A stretch of DNA of 64,000 nucleotides from a virus (Duplodnaviria > Caudoviricetes): positions 6,649 through 70,648 of IMG/VR virus record IMGVR_UViG_3300014005_000001. One strand, 5' to 3'. Every line of letters begins with the position of its first letter. Positions within the stretch are counted from its first letter, which is position 1. The notes beneath the pieces are model-generated. The model was not told where the DNA came from and did no database searches. It was given only the letters and a program-made list of their open reading frames with translations. Positions 58,965 to 64,000 of the stretch are shown piece by piece. A program made the translations under genes and the position numbers.

Positions 58965-59537
58965 CTACTTTAATTCTTTCTTATTCGCTTCATGTTCCTT
59001 TATATAACGGTATAAAGTAGCTCTAGCTACATCAAACATTTCGCAAACTTCTTTTTTCGTTTTACCAGACGATAGCATTTCCATCATACCTTCAATTTGC
59101 TGTGGAGTATGTGCCTTTTTTCTGCCGCCTTCTCTTCCTCTTGCTTTCGCTGCAGCAACACCACTGACAACACGTTCATTAATAACTGCACGTTCCATTT
59201 CAGCTACAGCACCGAATATATGAAATAAAAATTGTCCCATCGTGGTAGATGTATCTATTCCATCTTTAATAGAAACAAAATTAATTCCTTTTTCATTGAA
59301 TTCTTGCAATAAATTAGCCAGTTGGTGCATAGTTCTGCCCAATCTATCTAACTTGTAGACAACTAATTTATCACCTTTTCGAAGCTTACTAAGGAGCAGC
59401 TGTAATTCTTTTCTGTCTTTCTTAGCGCCACTTTCCTTTTCTGTTACAATTTCTTCACATCCATAACGCTTCAATTCATCTAACTGCATATCTAAACTTT
59501 GTTTTTTTGTTGAAACTCTGGCATAACCAAATATCAT
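58965..59537 (-). CDS. Serine recombinase (resolvase/invertase)
   Basis: GYARVST, VYKLDRLGR, GREGGR and C-terminal HTH. Confidence 0.93.
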   Translation of the reverse strand: MIFGYARVSTKKQSLDMQLDELKRYGCEEIVTEKESGAKKDRKELQLLLSKLRKGDKLVVYKLDRLGRTMHQLANLLQEFNEKGINFVSIKDGIDTSTTMGQFLFHIFGAVAEMERAVINERVVSGVAAAKARGREGGRKKAHTPQQIEGMMEMLSSGKTKKEVCEMFDVARATLYRYIKEHEANKKELK

Positions 59538-59567
59538 GCACCATCATCCTTTTATATTTGATGGTTA

Positions 59568-59695
59568 TATTGTATCAATTTCATGTCTCAAATTCAATTG
59601 TTTTTGATACATGGTTTTGAGATTTTAATTTGTTGATTTAATAGGATTTGAAACCAACGACTTGCACGTCTCATAATCAAATGTTTTTGAGACAC
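59568..59695. promoter_or_regulatory. Candidate res site upstream of the resolvase
   Basis: GTCTCA-N14-TGAGAC (59668-59693) and TGTCTCA...TGATACA (59584-59611) subsites. Confidence 0.65.
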
Positions 59696-59700
59696 TATAT

Positions 59701-59907
59701 TTATTGAGAATGATGCTTCACTCCGGCTAGAGCAGATTCAATAAATATCTTCTCTTCTTGGCCAACCTGAGTTAATAATTTATCAACTATGTTTCTATCT
59801 GTAATATCAAGCAGAAGAATAGCAACTCTTGCTATCCCATTAACATATTCAGTTGCATCTTTTTCTACACCATTCATTTGCATGGAAAATGTAACATTAG
59901 ATTTCAT
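59701..59907 (-). CDS. Hypothetical protein
   Basis: Track ORF with GAGAGG RBS. Confidence 0.55.
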   Translation of the reverse strand: MKSNVTFSMQMNGVEKDATEYVNGIARVAILLLDITDRNIVDKLLTQVGQEEKIFIESALAGVKHHSQ

Positions 59908-59957
59908 CCTCTCAACCCCCTTGACCTTAAATGCAACACGTTTGCGCTTATCTTTCC

Positions 59958-60179
59958 TTAATTCAACTCAACATCGTTCAAATCGGTCCAATATACCTCG
60001 CCTACATTATCGCTCACACGTACTGACACGCCATGCTCAGTTTCTGTTGCGTCGATTATTTCAATGTTACGTGTAATGGTTCCGCTCTGTCCGATTAAGT
60101 CTGGTCTTCTCTTAGCACCGTTCTCTACATCGTCAACTAACTTGGAAATCTCTTTATACAGCTTCTCTCCGTATAACAT
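59958..60179 (-). CDS. Hypothetical protein
   Basis: Track ORF with RBS. Confidence 0.6.
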   Translation of the reverse strand: MLYGEKLYKEISKLVDDVENGAKRRPDLIGQSGTITRNIEIIDATETEHGVSVRVSDNVGEVYWTDLNDVELN

Positions 60180-60210
60180 TCCCTCACCCCTTATCTTTCT
60201 TTAACAACAA

Positions 60211-60450
60211 TCAACGCCAAAATCTTTCTACTGCTTTCTTACCTAAATAAGCGAATAAGCTTTTCACTACAATAGCTAACGCCCATACAATCGAACTCAC
60301 TGTAAAAACGGTCATATAACTTACATCCAATTTGAAAACAAAGCTAATAATCCAAGCTATCCCTAACCATACAGTTGACCATATACCAAATGACAGAACT
60401 AGAATTCCTAATATAGCTAATGAAAATACTGCTCCTAATCCTTTAAACAT
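60211..60450 (-). CDS. Two-helix membrane protein
   Basis: Hydrophobic 79 aa. Confidence 0.6.
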   Translation of the reverse strand: MFKGLGAVFSLAILGILVLSFGIWSTVWLGIAWIISFVFKLDVSYMTVFTVSSIVWALAIVVKSLFAYLGKKAVERFWR

Positions 60451-60528
60451 TTCCTCATCTCCTCCTTAACAACAAACAAGACGCCACCCAGATCACGGCA
60501 GCGCCTCCGATAATTGCTCTTGATTTAA

Positions 60529-60810
60529 TCAAAACTGTTTCTTTTGATTTGATGTTACCTGTATAGAATCTGTTGTATGTTTAACTAAAGATTCTGCTGT
60601 AACCACTCCACCTAAGCAAATAGTAGTTTTACAATCTATTCCAACTGGTTCGCTATCATTAATTTTTTTAATTACTTCAGAACGTTTAATTGTAGTAATC
60701 CCCTCTTTAAGGTCCGATACTTCTTTTTTTACCGCCTCTACTGTTTCTGACAATTGGCCAACCTGACCTTTTAATTGGTCAAGTTCTGCATTAATATATG
60801 AGCTATCCAC
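60529..60810 (-). CDS. Hypothetical coiled-coil protein
   Basis: Track ORF with RBS. Confidence 0.55.
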   Translation of the reverse strand: MDSSYINAELDQLKGQVGQLSETVEAVKKEVSDLKEGITTIKRSEVIKKINDSEPVGIDCKTTICLGGVVTAESLVKHTTDSIQVTSNQKKQF

Positions 60811-60956
60811 TATACCTCATCCTTTCTCTTTTTTAGGTGTCTAATTTGTCTAATAAAGCTGCGTACGTTCGGTTACTTAGATTCTCCTTCTAACATAGTT
60901 AGATAAGCTTTAATATGTAATTTTTATATAACAAAGAAAAGCACCCATTATGGATG

Positions 60957-61133
60957 CTATAGTTCACTCTTTAGATAAGGAATACTAATGATTTTATTGT
61001 GGCTTAATGGTATGGTGACAGCTCTTAATTCCTTAACAGCTGCTTCATCACTTAAATTGCTATTTCTTAACTGTTTCTCTAACAATTCGTTGTTCGCTAT
61101 AATTGTTATTTCTAAATTTGCTTTATTACTCAT
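60957..61133 (-). CDS. Hypothetical protein (58 aa)
   Basis: Hand-translated MSNKANLEITIIANNELLEKQL...KSEL after GAGG. Confidence 0.5.
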   Translation of the reverse strand: MSNKANLEITIIANNELLEKQLRNSNLSDEAAVKELRAVTIPLSHNKIISIPYLKSEL

Positions 61134-61199
61134 ATCCTCATCCTTTCTTTAAAAAAGAAACCGCCACTATTAAAATGACGGTTCTTTTACGGCTTATAA

Positions 61200-61420
61200 A
61201 AATATTAAAGGGGATGGGAGAAATTCACGTTCGAGCATAAGGGGATATGTCTATGTGAATCGAATGCCAAGATCACTCTTAACATTCTCTCAGCCACCGC
61301 ATCAACTATATGGCTACACGCCCTGTGTTCAGTAGCTGAGAGAAGACTAAGAATAGTCCTCCCTCTGAATAGGAATGGTCAATACTTCGGCTGTCGCATG
61401 GCCTTCGCTAACCGCTATCG
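61200..61420 (-). ncRNA. Candidate structured RNA in the late leader
   Basis: GC-enriched non-coding stretch; 15-bp stem 61285-61299/61330-61344. Confidence 0.35.
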
Positions 61421-61721
61421 AATTATAAAGGATTTATATCAAGACGTTTGCACTTCTTCCGACGCCTTTTAAATAGGTGGCAGGATTTTTAATCCTTACT
61501 ACATGAGAATCACCTCCATAATTAAATGATTTGTAACAATGAGATTCGCAACATCCCATTGCACATTGTGTATTGAAAAAAAACGTTCCTATAGAATCTA
61601 TATACGAGCAAACACTGGGTCACCCAAAACAGATACCATCGGAACAGGTCTCGGTAACCAACCTTTCATATATAGGTGGCTTTTTGACGACAAATTTCGA
61701 CATTTTTTTAAAAAGAGGATT

Positions 61722-62222
61722 CTAAGATATACAAAATAAACTTCCGTTTAATCTTTCACCAATCTTTTTATCTGCTCTTTTTAAATATTCTTGAACAGTA
61801 GTTCTCTTTACACCTAAATAACTGGAAATCTTTTCCTGAGTAAAACCATGCCCTCTAGACATTACATATATTTCCTTTTCCCTTTCTGTAAGCGTTGATA
61901 ATGCATCTTCTAGTTGTATACGATCCCATTCAGATATGACACTCTCTTTCGCTTCTGTATCCCATTCATACACTGGCATTACCGTACTACGTACATATCT
62001 TTGCATTAATAACGGGTCACATGGTCTCTCACGCTGATATGCTGCCCTACGTTCAATGCCTCGGCGATTACCTGGCTTTTTTGCTGTACACATCCACTCT
62101 ATTGCATATTCTATATCTGATATCATTTCACCGATTATTTCTGCATCCTTTTCTGTAGCATCTTTCTTTGATAATTCTAATTGCTTTAGCGTTTCCTTGT
62201 ACTGCTTGATTAACTCTTTCAT
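61722..62222 (-). CDS. Sigma-70 region-4 positive late regulator (Xpf-like)
   Basis: LSTLTEREKEIYVMSRGHGFTQEKISSYLGVKRTTVQEYLKRA. Confidence 0.85.
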   Translation of the reverse strand: MKELIKQYKETLKQLELSKKDATEKDAEIIGEMISDIEYAIEWMCTAKKPGNRRGIERRAAYQRERPCDPLLMQRYVRSTVMPVYEWDTEAKESVISEWDRIQLEDALSTLTEREKEIYVMSRGHGFTQEKISSYLGVKRTTVQEYLKRADKKIGERLNGSLFCIS

Positions 62223-62368
62223 AAGCCAGGTTCCTCCTTTTATATAAAAAGAGGACGCTGGCTATGTATAGGAAGAAATCTCATCCTAAACATAAACAAC
62301 GTCCTCTGAATGCGGACTATTACTTTTATTATTTTTTTATTTTTCTTTTTAATACGGTAAGTGAAATT

Positions 62369-62692
62369 TTACACTAAGCCTCTTTTCCTCAGCTGTTCTG
62401 CTACTCTTTTCCCCTCTACCATACCAAAGAATTTAGCTATAGATGTGTATGTCATTCCATCTTCTCTCATAGCTGCAGCTTTCACACAAATTCTATCCCA
62501 TTCTTCTTTCGTCTTCCTTTTTCGCTTTTGTGCTTCTTCTTTACCACCTAGAAACACACCTAGTTTTATGATTTCTTTCCCTATGGTGCAATTTGAACTA
62601 CAATGTTCCAATTGTTGATACCGATACTTACAATTTTTACAATGTACATCCTGTATATTTAGAATTTTGATACGTGCTTCTTTCGCATTCAT
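62369..62692 (-). CDS. Zinc-finger domain protein
   Basis: HCKNC...HCSSNCTIGKEI. Confidence 0.7.
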   Translation of the reverse strand: MNAKEARIKILNIQDVHCKNCKYRYQQLEHCSSNCTIGKEIIKLGVFLGGKEEAQKRKRKTKEEWDRICVKAAAMREDGMTYTSIAKFFGMVEGKRVAEQLRKRGLV

Positions 62693-62711
62693 ATCTTCAC
62701 CCTCTATTAAT

Positions 62712-63242
62712 TTAACTAATACTTGGCCATTCTAATTTTTCAACATTCAATAAGTAATCAACTGGAGCGCGGTTTGTTTGCTCTACTACATATGCACGTT
62801 CCTCGAATTCTTTTCTTGGAATAGATTTACGGCCACCATCATATAGCATGGCTTCATAATATTCTGCTACTAATGAAATCGGAACAAAATAAATGATATG
62901 ATCTGTCCTAAATTCAATTAAGAAGAAACATATTGCTCCATGTTCTAAAGTGTCCTTTAAATAATCGATTTGATGTCTGCTTATTTTATCTAATGGAAAA
63001 TTAGTAGTTTCTTTTGTAGACTTGGCTTCAAAATATACTGCTCTCCCCTTGTATACGCCATCGTAATCCACTGTAGATTTACTACTCCATGCGCTTTTGA
63101 GGATATTGCCTTTCTTATCCGTTTTTATAACTTTTATCGGTGTAGGACGTTTATTAAACACTCCTACATTCGCTGCCTTATAAACCCGACACGTATTGTT
63201 TAATAATAATTCAAACGCCATTCCTCTATTTGCGTAGCCCAT
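62712..63242 (-). CDS. recU: RecU Holliday junction resolvase
   Basis: NRGMAFE, KRPTP, STVDYDGV, FEAKST and HQIDYL. Confidence 0.92.
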   Translation of the reverse strand: MGYANRGMAFELLLNNTCRVYKAANVGVFNKRPTPIKVIKTDKKGNILKSAWSSKSTVDYDGVYKGRAVYFEAKSTKETTNFPLDKISRHQIDYLKDTLEHGAICFFLIEFRTDHIIYFVPISLVAEYYEAMLYDGGRKSIPRKEFEERAYVVEQTNRAPVDYLLNVEKLEWPSIS

Positions 63243-63249
63243 GTTGCTT

Positions 63250-63280
63250 CCTCACTTTCTATTAAAAGGATTATTTTGTT
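63250..63280. repeat. 31-bp direct repeat, copy 2 (contains a 16-bp cassette motif at 63263-63278)
   Basis: Identical to 17242-17272. Confidence 0.9.
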
Positions 63281-63552
63281 GAGTTTCTTTTGTATGGGAC
63301 CGTAACCGTAGCACTAAACGAACTGTCAGGGCTACCCCAATCTATCCCTATTACCGTTTGTTTATGCTGTTCAATACCGGAAACAAAACCATCTACAAGT
63401 GCTTGTCCTAATTCTCTGCCTTCTCTCGCTGTCATTGGATAAATCGGTGTCCCATCATCAAGAAGCATGATTGGTTTTCTATTTTTGCTATATTTACGTT
63501 CTTTATTATTTCTCCCAATTGTAAGGCGAAATATATCTTTTACTTTCCACAT
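63271..63552 (-). CDS. Hypothetical protein
   Basis: Track ORF; stop codon lies inside the 16-bp motif. Confidence 0.55.
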   Translation of the reverse strand: MWKVKDIFRLTIGRNNKERKYSKNRKPIMLLDDGTPIYPMTAREGRELGQALVDGFVSGIEQHKQTVIGIDWGSPDSSFSATVTVPYKRNSTK

Positions 63553-63620
63553 TTCCTTCCCCCCCCTTGAATAAAACTCAATATTCCGTCAATACTGTAG
63601 ACAACCCATTTCTATTACCT

Positions 63621-63646
63621 GAGCAGTTAGCTTTTTCTAGCTGCTC
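63621..63646. terminator. Hairpin after the 79-aa ORF
   Basis: gagcagttag-cttttt-ctagctgctc. Confidence 0.55.
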
Positions 63647-63886
63647 TTATTCTGTTTTGTATATTTGCAACCATTCGTTACCTTCTAGCTTCCAACCTTG
63701 TACATAAAGTTCCCCTTCATAATTACCTTTGCACGATTCAATCCTTGCTATTCTTTCTATAGTTCCTCTAATAGCTCTTTGGAGCCTTACGTACTCTTGT
63801 TCTAATTTCTCTATATCTTCCCTATCCTTTTCCACATATCTCTTATAAGCTTCAATTCTTTCCTCTGGCCACTTCTCCATATCCAT
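63647..63886 (-). CDS. Hypothetical coiled-coil protein
   Basis: Track ORF; RBS directly after the 16-bp motif at 63899-63914. Confidence 0.6.
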   Translation of the reverse strand: MDMEKWPEERIEAYKRYVEKDREDIEKLEQEYVRLQRAIRGTIERIARIESCKGNYEGELYVQGWKLEGNEWLQIYKTE

Positions 63887-63897
63887 TCCCCTTTTCT

Positions 63898-64000
63898 ACA
63901 AAATGAAATTTTTATAATAAACCTTCAATCTTTGCTATCGCTTCAAATATCGGATAAATCTGTTGAGGCACAACCGCGTTTCCCAAGAATCTTAATCTAT
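63898..64000 (-). repeat. Second copy of the methyltransferase 3' end (gene continues past the right edge)
   Basis: Identical to 17965-18067; encodes RLRFLGNAVVPQQIYPIFEAIAKIEGLL-stop. Confidence 0.95.

Larger units (their letters stand above)
17965..63897. mobile_element. Phage unit B: apparently complete ~45.9 kb temperate phage-plasmid
   Basis: Repeat-to-repeat interval holds the early region, cI/cro, arbitrium, RepA_N, ParM, lysis, tail, head, terminase, resolvase, sigma factor and RecU. Confidence 0.7.

Noticed and set aside
61539-61739. 66-aa + strand ORF in the late leader
   Set aside because: Antisense to the operon, overlaps the probable late promoter, no RBS
1-64000. CRISPR arrays, rRNA, tRNA, IS transposases, reverse transcriptase/DGR, known toxins
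   Set aside because: None recognised by eye; the 16-bp motif array has gene-sized, variable spacing and degenerate repeats, unlike CRISPR

Overview
AT-rich, entirely phage-like DNA with Bacillus cereus-group character. No host chromosomal genes, rRNA, tRNA or CRISPR were seen. There are two different siphovirus morphogenesis modules on the minus strand. Unit A (about 1-17.96 kb) has an HK97-type head, tail genes, an HNH nuclease, ArpU and a minimal tyrosine recombinase with two lox-like sites. Unit B (about 17.97-63.9 kb) looks like a complete ~45.9 kb phage-plasmid. It carries early genes, a cI/cro switch, an arbitrium locus (aimR-aimP-aimX, with aimP and aimX missing from the ORF track), RepA_N, ParM/ParR, lysis, tail and head genes, a serine resolvase with a res site, a sigma factor and RecU. 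Unit B is bounded by an exact >=103-bp direct repeat of a DNA methyltransferase 3' end, which suggests a cointegrate of two phages or a misassembly. Main highlights: (1) an integron-like run of single-gene cassettes, each delimited by a 16-bp CAAAAT-N4-ATTTTG quasi-palindrome; (2) a C5 methyltransferase whose missing motif IX is in a nested alternative-frame gene with its own RBS (M.EcoHK31I-like); (3) a Tad1 anti-Thoeris sponge and a second Acb2/Tad1-hairpin protein; (4) a proteasome-beta-like Ntn hydrolase moron, a HEPN moron and a membrane-anchored Mrr-like moron; (5) candidate antisense RNAs over the repA and aimR leaders. All family calls come from motif recognition by eye; no searches were run.
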